From the IMG/VR virus record IMGVR_UViG_3300041964_000014, positions 1-64,000 of that record: 64,000 nt of DNA. One strand, written 5' to 3'. The notes under the pieces are model-generated. The model was not told the origin of the DNA and did no database searches. It saw only the letters and a program-made list of their open reading frames with translations. Of this stretch, positions 29,129 to 40,500 are shown piece after piece. How positions within the stretch are numbered: the first letter of the stretch is position 1; each line of letters begins with the position of its first letter. The stretch is from a virus. The translations under genes and the position numbers were made by a program.

Positions 29129-30286
29129 CTATGGCTTCGCTTGACGAGCGAATAGCTTCTTCGGGTCCGCGACGAAGGGCACGACTGTGGAAATAGCAGT
29201 AGTTGCGTCAATTGGGGGTTCCTTCTGGACCTCTCTGGTACTTACATACATACCTGACTTGGGTTGTAAGTCTAAAGCTCCCTGACTAGACTCCAATGTA
29301 GGTCCAATACACCTTTGCCCCATGTTATTCGTCATAAACACATAACGATTATCGTTAAGAAAACGACCTTTCGTTACTTGCTTATTAACATTCTCGATAT
29401 GATACAGCTCATCAAAAGTCTTAATAGACGGTAGTTCTCTAGCAGACAGAATACCGTTCATCATATCTGGTGATACAGTACCAACTTGAGTGCTAGCCAT
29501 CATTTGACGAGCTGCTTCTTTCGTAGACCGTTGGTTTAACAGATCATTACGTAAACGACGACTCATTACAATCAGATCTGGGGGATAACCATTGGTATCG
29601 ATAAAAGTATCAACATCAAGAAATAACCGCTGCAAACCATCGGCGTATTGATAGTCAGACCAAATGTTATTAAAGTTATCAGCAGTATTTCCACTTTGAG
29701 TTAAAGCGCTGGGGAAATGATTGTAATCACCAGCTGGATCGATAAAATTAATAACCGTAGTTGTTTCGGTCCGAGTATCCGTAAAGTTTACGGAGCCTGT
29801 TTGTAACAACTGCCAAGTCATTACATTCAAGGTATCCATAACAGCTTTAACCAAATCCTCAATACTTCCGAATAAGTATTGTGCTAAGTCGTTATTAACA
29901 CCCTTAATTACACCACCATCGGGAGTTTTTTGGTCTTGAACCATGACACCTTTGGCGTTTGCCAGAGTCATAGCTTCCAACATCTCCCATTGAGTAGGTT
30001 CATCATACACTCTTGAGAGTGCTACCTTCAGCATCTGAATAGATAGCTTTTCGATTGTGTTCTGACGAGTCAGCGGGATGTTAGCACCGTAAGCGACTAC
30101 CGATGCAATAGTATTAATACGCTCAACTACATAAGCAAGAAAATTACGAGAATCGTATTGCTTAATCGGCATATAAGGATCGAGAATGCCAGAACGCTGC
30201 TTTAAGTAAGTCAGTGTTGAATCTACCAACAAATCTGCTTCTTTGTTTTGCAGCTTATCATTAAGCCAATTTGCAATGTAACCCAT
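29129..30286 (-). CDS. Major capsid protein (lambda gpE-like family)
   Basis: 385 aa; W..LQTG.V, G..PD.IVMS and C-terminal VP...DP pattern; follows the scaffold and decoration genes. Confidence 0.85.
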   Translation of the reverse strand: MGYIANWLNDKLQNKEADLLVDSTLTYLKQRSGILDPYMPIKQYDSRNFLAYVVERINTIASVVAYGANIPLTRQNTIEKLSIQMLKVALSRVYDEPTQWEMLEAMTLANAKGVMVQDQKTPDGGVIKGVNNDLAQYLFGSIEDLVKAVMDTLNVMTWQLLQTGSVNFTDTRTETTTVINFIDPAGDYNHFPSALTQSGNTADNFNNIWSDYQYADGLQRLFLDVDTFIDTNGYPPDLIVMSRRLRNDLLNQRSTKEAARQMMASTQVGTVSPDMMNGILSARELPSIKTFDELYHIENVNKQVTKGRFLNDNRYVFMTNNMGQRCIGPTLESSQGALDLQPKSGMYVSTREVQKEPPIDATTAISTVVPFVADPKKLFARQAKP

Positions 30287-30316
30287 ATACTGTTTCCTTT
30301 AATAAGTTATTTATAT

Positions 30317-31171
30317 TTAGAACCGTGCGCGGAACACCATTTTAGGAAAGCGCTCCTTAATCTCGTCATCAAGGTAAGGGAGAGCAGCTTCATAAATACC
30401 AATAGCTCCGGTAATGCCGTTGATATGCTTTGAGGGTGTAGTGCTGAAGTCGTGGCTGTGAACGTGCAAGCCAAGAATATCTTCGACAGATACTCCAATG
30501 TGCGCTCCTACAGGTGCCACCCAATTAGCATTACCAGTCAAGGTAACTGTATTGGTAGTTGGATTGATCGAAGCAATAGTACCGAGAGGTGTGGTTTGAG
30601 TAGTTAGCTTAGTTACACCCCCATCAATAGCAGTAGTAGCTGTACCTGCAACTGTAAGAGGATATTCCTCTTTAGTCCGAGAATACAAATACACCTTACC
30701 AGCAGTAGTAGCTGGGACAGCTGTTACATATTGTCCAATTACCGAGCTAGGGATGGTAGTAGCTAAAGCATTAACAGCATCTGCAACCACGTTTGTAGTA
30801 GCAGTAATACTAAGTTGCTTGCCGTTAACCGTCAGGATAATTGTTTGTCCATTAGCCACTGAAGAAATAGTAATTGCTGCATAAGGCTCTACAGCATACA
30901 ATACATCACCTTCAACAAACGGAGCTAACAGATTTAGCTTGAGTGTTGGGGAGCTAGTACTCGATGCTTGAGTAACAGTAGCACGGGGCAAGAAAGACAG
31001 CTCCATGCTCCCCGAACGACGAGCAATGAATAATCCGGCAGGTACACTCTTGCGTCCATCTTTATCGGCAGACACGTATTTATTAGTTACGGTGGCTGAG
31101 ATTGGGGCTTCTTGCATATCGGCAAAAGCCACAATTTGGGGATCTGCGTTGTAACGTTGTCTGTTTAACAT
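30317..31171 (-). CDS. Head decoration protein with inserted beta domains
   Basis: GRKSVPAG.FI and IYEAALP motifs; immediately upstream of the capsid gene. Confidence 0.65.
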   Translation of the reverse strand: MLNRQRYNADPQIVAFADMQEAPISATVTNKYVSADKDGRKSVPAGLFIARRSGSMELSFLPRATVTQASSTSSPTLKLNLLAPFVEGDVLYAVEPYAAITISSVANGQTIILTVNGKQLSITATTNVVADAVNALATTIPSSVIGQYVTAVPATTAGKVYLYSRTKEEYPLTVAGTATTAIDGGVTKLTTQTTPLGTIASINPTTNTVTLTGNANWVAPVGAHIGVSVEDILGLHVHSHDFSTTPSKHINGITGAIGIYEAALPYLDDEIKERFPKMVFRARF

Positions 31172-31193
31172 AGTTATTTATTCCTTAGTTTGA

Positions 31194-32156
31194 TTAAGCT
31201 AGGTTGTGATTACGAGCTTGGCGAAGTTCAAAATTACGCTTGGCTTGAGCTTCGATTTCCAGATCTTCGTTAGTTATTTCGGACGCACTGTTGTTGCTGT
31301 ATGACTGAAACATGGCTAGTTTGTTTAAGCCAGCTTTCTCAAACAACTCAACAGTTTTCTGCATAGCATACAGCTCAACTTCGGGTGCAACTTGATTTAG
31401 TTCCGCAGTTTGACTAAATGCAGCCACACGATCAGATTCGAGTTGAAACTCGCCAAACATTACTTTCAAAGCAATTGGAGGCATTACTTCGCGGGCTTTA
31501 ACTTCGAGTTCAACTAGTGCATCGCGGATCTGTTGGTTCTGCTCGAACTCAGCAATACGACCTTCGAGATGCCGAACACTACTGTATTCGGCATCTTCGT
31601 CTTCGTTATCTTCATCACCATCGGTTTCGTAATCTTCCAGAGTCTCACCTCTAGCTTCCATAGCAGCTAAACGAAGATCGAGAGACAGTTCATCATCTAG
31701 TTGAAAACATTGTGCTAGATACGTAGCAAGAGCATCTTCGGGTTCGGTATCTCCAGTAATTAATCCGGCAATATCGTCAACATCATTCTCAGTTACTTGA
31801 GCAATGTCCGAAACTAAAGATTCCACGTCTTCGTAACCAGCAGCTTCACCGAGTTCAAGTAGTGCGGCTCCAAAACGAGTGCCTACACTGAATTCAGCTA
31901 CGTTGCTATTATCTTCGGAGTATTCAGCATCACCATACACGGCTTCGAGGTCTTCTTCGTCAATACCTTCTGCATCAAGTAGTTTCTCGTTGAGGTCAAC
32001 GATTGCTTGTGCTTTGTGGGCAGTTGCTGTATCTTCGTCCATAACCCCTGCTTCTACAGCATTATCAATATTCTCAATGAGTTCTTGATACAAACCCATG
32101 TAGTATTCGATAGGAGTTAGTTCTTCGGTTTGTTGTAACAGTCGATTAATAGTCAT
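31194..32156 (-). CDS. Acidic capsid scaffolding/core protein
   Basis: Very Asp/Glu-rich and helical; between protease and capsid genes; repeated AE(F/Y) motifs. Confidence 0.65.
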   Translation of the reverse strand: MTINRLLQQTEELTPIEYYMGLYQELIENIDNAVEAGVMDEDTATAHKAQAIVDLNEKLLDAEGIDEEDLEAVYGDAEYSEDNSNVAEFSVGTRFGAALLELGEAAGYEDVESLVSDIAQVTENDVDDIAGLITGDTEPEDALATYLAQCFQLDDELSLDLRLAAMEARGETLEDYETDGDEDNEDEDAEYSSVRHLEGRIAEFEQNQQIRDALVELEVKAREVMPPIALKVMFGEFQLESDRVAAFSQTAELNQVAPEVELYAMQKTVELFEKAGLNKLAMFQSYSNNSASEITNEDLEIEAQAKRNFELRQARNHNLA

Positions 32157-32161
32157 AGTTT

Positions 32162-32434
32162 TTATAGTACTTTAGGTTGTTTTGGTTTCTTGGGTTTCAA
32201 GACTTTTGGTGGCTTGAAACTACTTTTAATTTTCTTGGCGGCACTAATACCAGCCCCGACTGCGGCTCCGGCTAACGCTACTTTTCGTTGTGCGCCACCT
32301 GAATCAGGTTTAGCAATTAATCCAACTAAAGCGCCAGTACCACCACCACTAACTGCGCCACTAACAGCAGAGCCACCTACTCCAATTAGCTTTTTACGTC
32401 TAGTTTTTGGTGCAGTAAACTCACTTAGTAGCAT
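32162..32434 (-). CDS. Basic glycine-zipper leader-family protein
   Basis: MLLSEF-TAPKTRRKK and two GxxxG segments. Confidence 0.65.
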   Translation of the reverse strand: MLLSEFTAPKTRRKKLIGVGGSAVSGAVSGGGTGALVGLIAKPDSGGAQRKVALAGAAVGAGISAAKKIKSSFKPPKVLKPKKPKQPKVL

Positions 32435-33002
32435 TATTTCTTGTCCTTCTTACGGCGAAGTAGTTTGTAACCTGCTGCTCCAGCTCCACCAGCAGCAGCA
32501 GCTCCGGCTAAGATAGCTCCTGCTTTACCCGCTTTAGTACCTAATGCTCCTTTACCAGCATTAGCTAAACGATTTAGTGGTTCACGTAATTTACCTGCAT
32601 TAGTTCCACCAGCTCCACTTGGGGTACTAAGACCTGACTTAATAGCCGCTCCAGCAGCAGCAGCAGACCCAAGCGCTCGTTTGCCTAGATTTTTAGCGGC
32701 TGCAATATCTTTCTTAGCCACACCTTTAGCCCCACGAGCATTTTTAACTCTGTCAGCAAAAGACTGATCCGAATTCATAGGACGACGTTTGGCTAGCGCA
32801 GCTCCGCCGTATCTAGCTCCTGCGGCTCCGGCTGCCCCTAAAGCTCCCAAAGCTCCAGCACCAACAGCCGCCATACCTTTACGTGTCATACGCTTTTCTT
32901 GTCTTTAGATCCTTTCTTACGAGCGAAGTTAGCTACATTACTGTAACCCTTCACTCGTTCGAGATCGTCTAAAGAAAAAGCTGCAATTACTGTGTTTGAC
33001 AT
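32434..33002 (-). CDS. Basic Gly/Ala-rich leader-family protein (1-nt deletion near 32895)
   Basis: ATG at 33002 gives MSNTVIAAFSLDDLERVKGYSNVANF-ARKKGSKDKK; adding one A in the A-run joins it to the 32434..32889 ORF. Confidence 0.7.
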
Positions 33003-33028
33003 AAACTAATATCCTTTGTAACTAATAG

Positions 33029-34320
33029 TTATATTCTAGGCTTTTTAGGTTTTCTTGGACGTAAAGCAAGTCCAGTACCAATAGCACCAGCTCCCGCAGT
33101 CCCGGCAGCTAATTTACCACCTGTAGTACCCATCCCTTGTCTAACAGCTCCTCCAACTCCAGATAAATTAGATCTCAGTCTACCCTTCCCTTTTGCTTTA
33201 GCGGCTGTCTTAGCTCCAGCAAAACCACCTTTTATAGCTCCCGAAGTATTACCAGCACCTGTAGCTACAGTTTTTAGTAAACCATCTCTTTTAACATTAC
33301 CGACTTGTTTACCAACGCTAGAAACTGCTCTTTTAGCGGTTTTGAAAATAGAACTGCCTATTCCAAAGTTAGCTAGCTTTTCCATATCATCCAGCGTGAA
33401 AGCAGCAACTACTTGAGGTAATTCATAATTAGCCGGAGCTGCTCCTATACGTTGAGACAGTGTACGAGGCATTTGTGTACTTGCTTTCTGAGCAGCTACA
33501 TCTTCTTGCTCGGGAGTAGTTGGTTCTTGGGACTCTTCATCGCCATCTTCCTCAACGCCTAATACTTGCAGTACCCTATTCTCAAAATCGTCTAGCGCTT
33601 TCTCAAACAGTTCTTGTTGATTAATACTTTCATCATCAACAGTAGAATACTGGTAAGTACAACCCATAGTTGATCACTCAGATTATCGTATTGTGTTTTA
33701 ATCTGATCAACCATGCCATCGCCTTGCTCTAACTCCTCGAAAGACAAAGCAAAGGCAGCTTCTCCGTCGTAACTCTTAAATAATCTCAATCCCACAATAG
33801 CTGGTGTACTTGTGCATGAAATTTCTCTAATAGTGTCCGAAATAATATCGATACCGGGCGATACAGTTGATAGCAGTCTGTCCTTATACTGGTTAATTGC
33901 TTTACTCGCCTTGATAGCTACTTGATTAGCAAAAGCCCCAAACTTACCGACTAAGTGTTTGTAGCAAGGATCTTTAATATCTTCGTCTGTAATAACACGA
34001 GCCTCGATAGTACCCTCAACATCTCCAATAGTAGTGTCTTGGGTTTTCTGGTGATCAGTTAGTAGTGGTAAGCGGGCACCTCGTTGTAGTAGTTGGTTGG
34101 TGTTATTAACGATCTTTTTAACACGATCAGCAGAGAAAACGTGCTTACGTTGTTTACTGTCAATGTGTTCTCCTTCTACTAGTACTAAGCCACTTGTGTA
34201 AATAGCGCCATCACTTTCTGTAAATTCAGCGGATAGTGGAGCGCTTTCAAAGTGAACTATCTTAGGAGTACTATTATGTCTAAAATTAGCTATAGTATTT
34301 TTTCTTTTATATTTAGGCAT
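33029..34320 (-). CDS. Prohead protease (Mu gpI-like), probably fused to an acidic/basic C-terminal extension; frame break near 33645
   Basis: PLLTDHQ and VSPGID...EISCTSTPAIVGL protease motifs. The overlapping ORF 33029..33667 continues naturally (..TVDDESINQQELF). Confidence 0.7.
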
Positions 34321-34394
34321 ACAGTTTTATATACTCATATAGTAGATACTATCTGTAGTTATACTAAAACTAAGTATACTAATGACGCATAGAC

Positions 34395-34637
34395 ATGACA
34401 AAACGTATCACTAATATAAATAAAGTTATTGGTAGTAAGCTTAAAAAAGCCAGAGACTACCGAGGTTATTCCCAGAGTCAGTTTGGTAAAGTAGTGCATT
34501 TAAATCAAACGCATATTTGCAAAATAGAAACAGGAGAGCGGGGTTTAACTATCGACAATTTAATTGCCTTTAGTAAAGTGCTTAATGTTAGCCCTCTTTA
34601 TTTCCTCAGCGATTTCGAGAAAGATAATCAATCTTGA
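34395..34637 (+). CDS. XRE/Cro-CI family HTH regulator
   Basis: IG.KLK.AR..RGYSQ..FG......Q..I.KIETGER...I..L......LNV. Confidence 0.9.
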   Translation: MTKRITNINKVIGSKLKKARDYRGYSQSQFGKVVHLNQTHICKIETGERGLTIDNLIAFSKVLNVSPLYFLSDFEKDNQS

Positions 34638-35863
34638 GATTTAGTACGTCTTATATCGCTTATTTTAGTTTTTAAATTAACCTTACTTTCCTTGTACAAT
34701 CTTTCAGCATTAACTAGCTTCTTTTTAGCAGCCATAAGAGCTTGTTCTTTTTTATTAGCAGGAATGTTACTATTATTTTCGGTCTTATTGTATTTATCTT
34801 TAGTCTCCTTTAGTTTTTGTCGCATTTGTCTTACGTTGCTTATTTCTTCTTTTAAAGAAGTATTGGGCTTAGTATTAACACTTACACGGGGTTTAGATTT
34901 AGGAGTATTAACGGTAATAAGTTTAGGGGGCACGTAGTCTTTGGGTATTACAAAATCTCTAACGACTTTGTTAGTCTCATCTTGCGATAGATAGTGGTAA
35001 GATCCGTGATCTGACATATACCTATCGACTAACTTACCTGGTTTCTTTTGATTATTTTTATTTATTACAACTGCTCCTGGGAATTTGAAAGGCTTGGCTT
35101 GCCAATCATTGTTATCTAATATATGTAATGAATTCTTAGCCGGAGGTAGAATACCATGACTATTAGCTCCATAAGTTATTTGTTTAATCTTGTCAGTATT
35201 AACCCCCATTTCTTTGAGAATATGCATAGCTTCGTTTGTAACATAGCCTCCAGAGCTATGCCCATGCAAAGTATGGATCTTATCTGGGTACTTATCTATA
35301 TTCGCTTTAACAGTAGCTGCTAGTTCACGAGCAGTAGGATTATAACCTTTGAGTATACCTTCTTTAGCCGCAGTGCTAGTTAAATCAAATAATTGTCTAG
35401 CACTATTGCCCGGAGCTTTATCCGGTAGCTTATTCATGCTTCGAGTATCAATAGGAATTGTGTGTCCTTTGAGCTTACTGTGTATATAACTTGACAGTTG
35501 CTTACTACTCTTGGCTTCAGCCCCATAATTCAAACCAGCTACAGCATAATTTATATTCGGACGATTAAGTTCGGCGGTAGTAAGGTTTGCTGGTATAACT
35601 TTTTTGGATAATTCTTGTGCTACTCTAGCGGACTGTTTAAGATTGACTCGATATCGCCCACGAAGTAAAGCATAACCGCCGACACTTAAGCCTAATCCTG
35701 CTGCCGCTACAACTGCTGAATTTCGTAATAAGTTATCAGGCTTTCTGTCTTTACCCCGTCGCTTGTATGCTTTAACTACCCTACCTTTGCGTATACTAGA
35801 TTTTACATTTATCTCTCTGGCAAATTTAGCGTGACTTGCGTCCGAAATAAATAGGGTTTTCAT
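34628..35863 (-). CDS. Leader-family protein with alpha/beta-hydrolase (lipase-like) domain
   Basis: MKTLFISDASHAKF leader; TM segment; LHGHSSGG nucleophile elbow; candidate Asp (NDW) and His (DHG). Confidence 0.7.
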   Translation of the reverse strand: MKTLFISDASHAKFAREINVKSSIRKGRVVKAYKRRGKDRKPDNLLRNSAVVAAAGLGLSVGGYALLRGRYRVNLKQSARVAQELSKKVIPANLTTAELNRPNINYAVAGLNYGAEAKSSKQLSSYIHSKLKGHTIPIDTRSMNKLPDKAPGNSARQLFDLTSTAAKEGILKGYNPTARELAATVKANIDKYPDKIHTLHGHSSGGYVTNEAMHILKEMGVNTDKIKQITYGANSHGILPPAKNSLHILDNNDWQAKPFKFPGAVVINKNNQKKPGKLVDRYMSDHGSYHYLSQDETNKVVRDFVIPKDYVPPKLITVNTPKSKPRVSVNTKPNTSLKEEISNVRQMRQKLKETKDKYNKTENNSNIPANKKEQALMAAKKKLVNAERLYKESKVNLKTKISDIRRTKSQD

Positions 35864-36264
35864 TGTTTCTTACCTTTTTCTAGATTCCTAGATACTAAGC
35901 TATATGCCCCATATCCAAGACCTGTTAAAGTTGCACTAGCCAAAGCTCCTTTACTAGCTTTAGTTCTGAGCGTTTTTAGATATATTTGTTTGAGACGTTT
36001 ATTGCTCGGATAAATAATGTGAGCATGGGGATTACCAGCTTTAATAGCTTTAGCTAGATTTTCTTCGTTGTGATCTAATACATATTTGAATCCTTTCCGA
36101 TATCTTAAATGAGTAAGAACTGCACCTCGTGTACCTCCGGCTACAGCACTACCTGCAACTGCTGTACCAAATCCTATTCGTTTGCCACGCTTCTTCTTAT
36201 CTTTACTACCTTTCTTTCTGGCGAAATTAATGTTACCTATGTCCGAAATAAATAAGAGTCTCAT
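35860..36264 (-). CDS. Basic Gly/Ala-rich leader-family protein
   Basis: MRLLFISDIGNINF-ARKKGSKDKKKR. Confidence 0.75.
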   Translation of the reverse strand: MRLLFISDIGNINFARKKGSKDKKKRGKRIGFGTAVAGSAVAGGTRGAVLTHLRYRKGFKYVLDHNEENLAKAIKAGNPHAHIIYPSNKRLKQIYLKTLRTKASKGALASATLTGLGYGAYSLVSRNLEKGKKQ

Positions 36265-37550
36265 TTGTTGTTCCTCTTATTTCTATTAACTAACTTATAA
36301 GCCCCGTATCCTAATCCCGCTACCGCGCCACCTACTAAAGCACCTTTACCAGATGTCTTAGCTAGCTTTTTAATATAGGCTTGTTTTATCATTTTCCCAC
36401 TAGGAGCTGCTGTGTCAATAGTTCTATCTATTTCGGACAAACTATCCTTTAAATACGATTGTTTAGTAGTTAGTCGTTTAACTTCAGCAGCTACTTTGTC
36501 TTGCTTTTTTTGTTTCAAACTTATATTGTTTTTAGGATCAAACTGTTTGTTTACTTGATCTAATTCTTTTTGTACCGGATTACGAAGACTGCTAATTAAT
36601 CTCTCACGTTGTTTAGGTACAGTCGTTAATGCTTCTTTTAGTTGTTTCCTATCAGTTAGATAATTGGCTCCCGCAGTACTTAAACCCCCAATACCTGCAC
36701 CTCCAGCTATAACTCCAGCACCCTTAACTGCAACCTTACGTTTCTTTTTATCTTTACTTCCCTTTTTACGAGCGAATTCAGCTAATAGTCCGAAATAATA
36801 AGGGGATTGAAATTCGTAAGTATATTTCTGAGGAGTAATAGCCTTAGTGAGTTGTCTACCTGTACTAGTATCGATACTTACAGAAGCTCTAGCTTCACTA
36901 CCTAGATTAAATCCCCCACGCTTTCCTTGTTTGGCAATTTTATTACCACCAATTGTGGCTTGTAAATTAGTCGCAAGTTTTCTACGGTACTCTCTTTCAG
37001 CATTACGCTTGCGTTGCACTTCTTTAGCTAATGCTTCTAATTGCTTACGCTGGGGTGTTTTAATACCTAAAAAACCTACACCTTCATTTTTAGCTAATTG
37101 TACGTTTAATTCTCTACCTTGTAATACGTGTTGATTAGATCTTGCTTGCGAGGCTCTAAGCGGATTTAAATACTCATCTTGATTAGATAGTGTATTAAAT
37201 TTACTACCCTTAACTTTACCTACATCATTAGCAGATACTACTTCGGCTTTAACAGCTTTAATAGTATTACGGCGATTATTAATACGTACTCTACGAGTAC
37301 CTACTTTTACTGTGACTAATTTACCTTTAACTTTACGGGTGTGTTGTTTAACCTGAGTAATACCGCCACTAACTTTGACTGGTTTAGTGGTTTGTTTAGC
37401 TACAGTATTAGCCGCTTTAGCTACTTGCTTAATTATTTGCGGCTTTTTAGTAAGTGCTACTGTTGCCCCTAATCCAGCTACAGTAGCCGCTCCTATACCT
37501 AAGCCTATTAATTTATTACGGTTATTGTTACTCTTACTTTTTGTAGCCAT
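36261..37550 (-). CDS. Basic protein with internal leader-family unit
   Basis: Internal LLAEF-ARKKGSKDKKKRK; three GxxxG segments. Confidence 0.7.
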   Translation of the reverse strand: MATKSKSNNNRNKLIGLGIGAATVAGLGATVALTKKPQIIKQVAKAANTVAKQTTKPVKVSGGITQVKQHTRKVKGKLVTVKVGTRRVRINNRRNTIKAVKAEVVSANDVGKVKGSKFNTLSNQDEYLNPLRASQARSNQHVLQGRELNVQLAKNEGVGFLGIKTPQRKQLEALAKEVQRKRNAEREYRRKLATNLQATIGGNKIAKQGKRGGFNLGSEARASVSIDTSTGRQLTKAITPQKYTYEFQSPYYFGLLAEFARKKGSKDKKKRKVAVKGAGVIAGGAGIGGLSTAGANYLTDRKQLKEALTTVPKQRERLISSLRNPVQKELDQVNKQFDPKNNISLKQKKQDKVAAEVKRLTTKQSYLKDSLSEIDRTIDTAAPSGKMIKQAYIKKLAKTSGKGALVGGAVAGLGYGAYKLVNRNKRNNK

Positions 37551-40500
37551 TTACTGTTATTCTCTTCTTTGGCGATAATATACCTAATGTAGCTATATTT
37601 TGTTTAAAATAAGCTGTTTCTATTTCTCTTCTCTGAGTATTTAAATCCCTCAAATAATTATCTATCTCTAAATAACGTGGGTTAGTAGGATTCAATCTTT
37701 GTTGCTCATAAATTAAAGACCCCATCTCTCTAGTTAATTCGTTTAATCTAGACTGCTTTTCTAACTGTCTAGGATTAATAGATAGTTGATCTCTAGCTTT
37801 AGGGCTATTACTTTTAAGCATACTAAGTTCAGCTTGTAAGTTATTAACATCGGCTTCTAACTTACTTAGCGTATCGAATCTACTTTTAACCCTACTAACT
37901 TGTTCTTGCGTAAAAGGTATTATTGTAGGTTGATTATTAATACGTATAGTGGGATTCTGAGTAGCACTACTAAGTAAATCAAAATCTAAGCCTATATCTT
38001 GTGTAGCACTACGTATCTTACTTAGTTCTTCAGAAGCGTTTACTAAATCTTTAATACTCTGTTCATATTCAACGGGATTAGTAGTTGCTTTATTAGCTAT
38101 CCGCTGCTGAACTACCCTAATATATTCTTCTGCTGTATCTAAATTAGTAGATAAAGTAATACGTCCTACAGATGGTTCAAAAATAGTATCAATAAAATTA
38201 AGCTCTTTAGCTTTTTGAGTAAGATAAGCATTAGCAACTTCGGGGTTACTAAGTAAGTTATCTCTAGTGCCTTTTAAAGTATCTCTATATGTTTGTCTAG
38301 TAACTTGAGTATCTAAGATATTGTTATATAGAGTATTAGCTTGATCTGTTAATCGCCTTACTGTAGACGTATTATTAACTAAGTTAGTACTATCTACAAT
38401 ACCGGGGCTTAATTCTTCTGCTACACGATATCGTTGCATAGTATCTTTGGTTTCTTCTAAAGCAGTTTTAGCCGCATTAAGAGTGTTAACCATCTTAATC
38501 TGACTAACACCTAAATCATTAATAGTTTTAGTTACAGTACTAATGTATTTGGTGTAATCACTTAGCAGTGCAGCCTGCAACTTAGTATTACCTTGAGCCG
38601 CCTGGAACCTACTCTCAAACTGCTGTCTTATTATTTCGGACTCCCCAGCTAATACTTGTGCTTTGTTTAACACATTAATATCGTTACCTAAAGCCCGACT
38701 AGCTTCGTTAAGTATCTTGCCGTTACGTCCCCGAATAGTAACACTACTATCAAACTTAGACTTAACAGTTTTAGTGGGATTTTCTAACTGCTCTAATATC
38801 TGATTAGCAGTTTCACGTTCTTGTTCTGTAGCTAAGTTAAGAGTGTCCGAAATATTAGGTGGGGCTTGTAGTTTTAAGCGATTAAAGTCCTCATGTATCA
38901 GCTCAACTAAGTCGTATACCTCGGAGGCTTGTCTAATAACGTTACCGACATCACTATTCTCTAGTCGTTGTAATACGGGACGAGATACGTTTTCTATTAC
39001 ATCGTATAGATTTATTGGTGCTACAGGCGGACGAGTTTTATTAAACATACTATTTAACAAAGCTATCGAGGCTATTGTGGCTCCACCTAATACTGATGCA
39101 GCTGCTAATTTAGCGGCAGTAAGTGGGAATGCTTTAGCTCGACCTTCAACAGGCTCTAAATAACAAGCACAATACGGATGTGGATTAGGCGGCGGTAACA
39201 TTTGTCCTGTCTGAAACAATTTAAATGGATACACTCCTTTTCCGTATCCAATATCTTGATCTGCTAAACGCAAGCATCTATCGCAAACAACTCCAGTACC
39301 ACTGTAGTTACGCTTTAATTTCCCGGACTTACGGCGAGTCTTACTATTATTCATTCGTAGATGTTCTATTGAAGCATTCCATCTAACTAACTCAATAGTG
39401 TTGTCATTAGCATAATGTGCGTAACGCCCGTAGTTATAAGCAGCAGACAGTTCTGTTAATGCTGTTCGTTTAATACTGGGTAATGCAGATCGTCTTTGGC
39501 TTATCTTCTCTAGCTCTTGTCTGGATATAGTTTTTTCTTTCTCCGGAAAGCCTAGTCGTCTAGCTTGTTCGGAGTTTAGCAAGATATCATCATTAAGCTT
39601 ATTTCTCTCTCTATTCAACTCCTTTTGTAGTTGCTCTACTTTCTGAGTATTACCAACTCTCTTATAAGCTTCGAGGCTTCTTTCTAGATTAACTATATTA
39701 TCTTTAACAGCTGTAACAAGGCGTCTTTCTATTTTCTGAGATTTAGTTTCCCGCAGTATTTTTCTAGCCTCAACCCCATAGTCAGGATACATAGAACTTA
39801 ATGCTCGGATTAAGTCCCGTTCTCTAGTATGCTTAGTACTAGCTAAATAGTTACTAATTTTACTACGAGTATTAGCAATACCATCCGTATATTGCTTAAT
39901 ATTTCGCTTAGTGCTATCGGTAATATCTTTAGTAAGCTTTTGCGCTAAGTCGTTATACCGTTTATCGAGATACTGAGCAAATTCAGTTTCGTTAGCTAAC
40001 GTGATAGGTTTCTTAAGCCGTTTGCTTACATCCCTAGTTATTTCGGACTCTTGTATTCTCCTCGCACGTATTGCACTACTCGTTTTAGATAGTGAAGATG
40101 ATGTGGGTGTTAGTGGGCGTAATAGAGTTTGTTGCCTACGTTCCGCTTGTTGTTCTGCTGCGGATACTCTTTTAGCTTGTGTTCTAGCACGTTTTTCTTG
40201 TTGCAGCTGTCTAACATCATCACGACTAAGCATATCCAACTGTTTAGGTGGAGCTACTGATTCTCCACTTGCAGCTCTAGATAATTGGTATACTAAAGCA
40301 TTTTGTTTTTGTTTTAGTTGATTTTGTTCGGCTTTAATACTATTCGCTTGTTCGGTAAGTATGTTAACTACGGTATTTCTTTGATCGGGGTTTAAGTTCG
40401 ATTGTCTTAGTCTTACTTTCGCGTACCTATCCGGATTAATAATATCCCGATTTAACTGCTCTAATCTAGAGGCATTATCTTCTTGCTTATAAATAAGAGA

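Noticed and set aside
33592-33667. Programmed frameshift joining the protease and downstream ORF
   Set aside because: No X XXY YYZ slippery site, and many similar breaks elsewhere point to sequence error.
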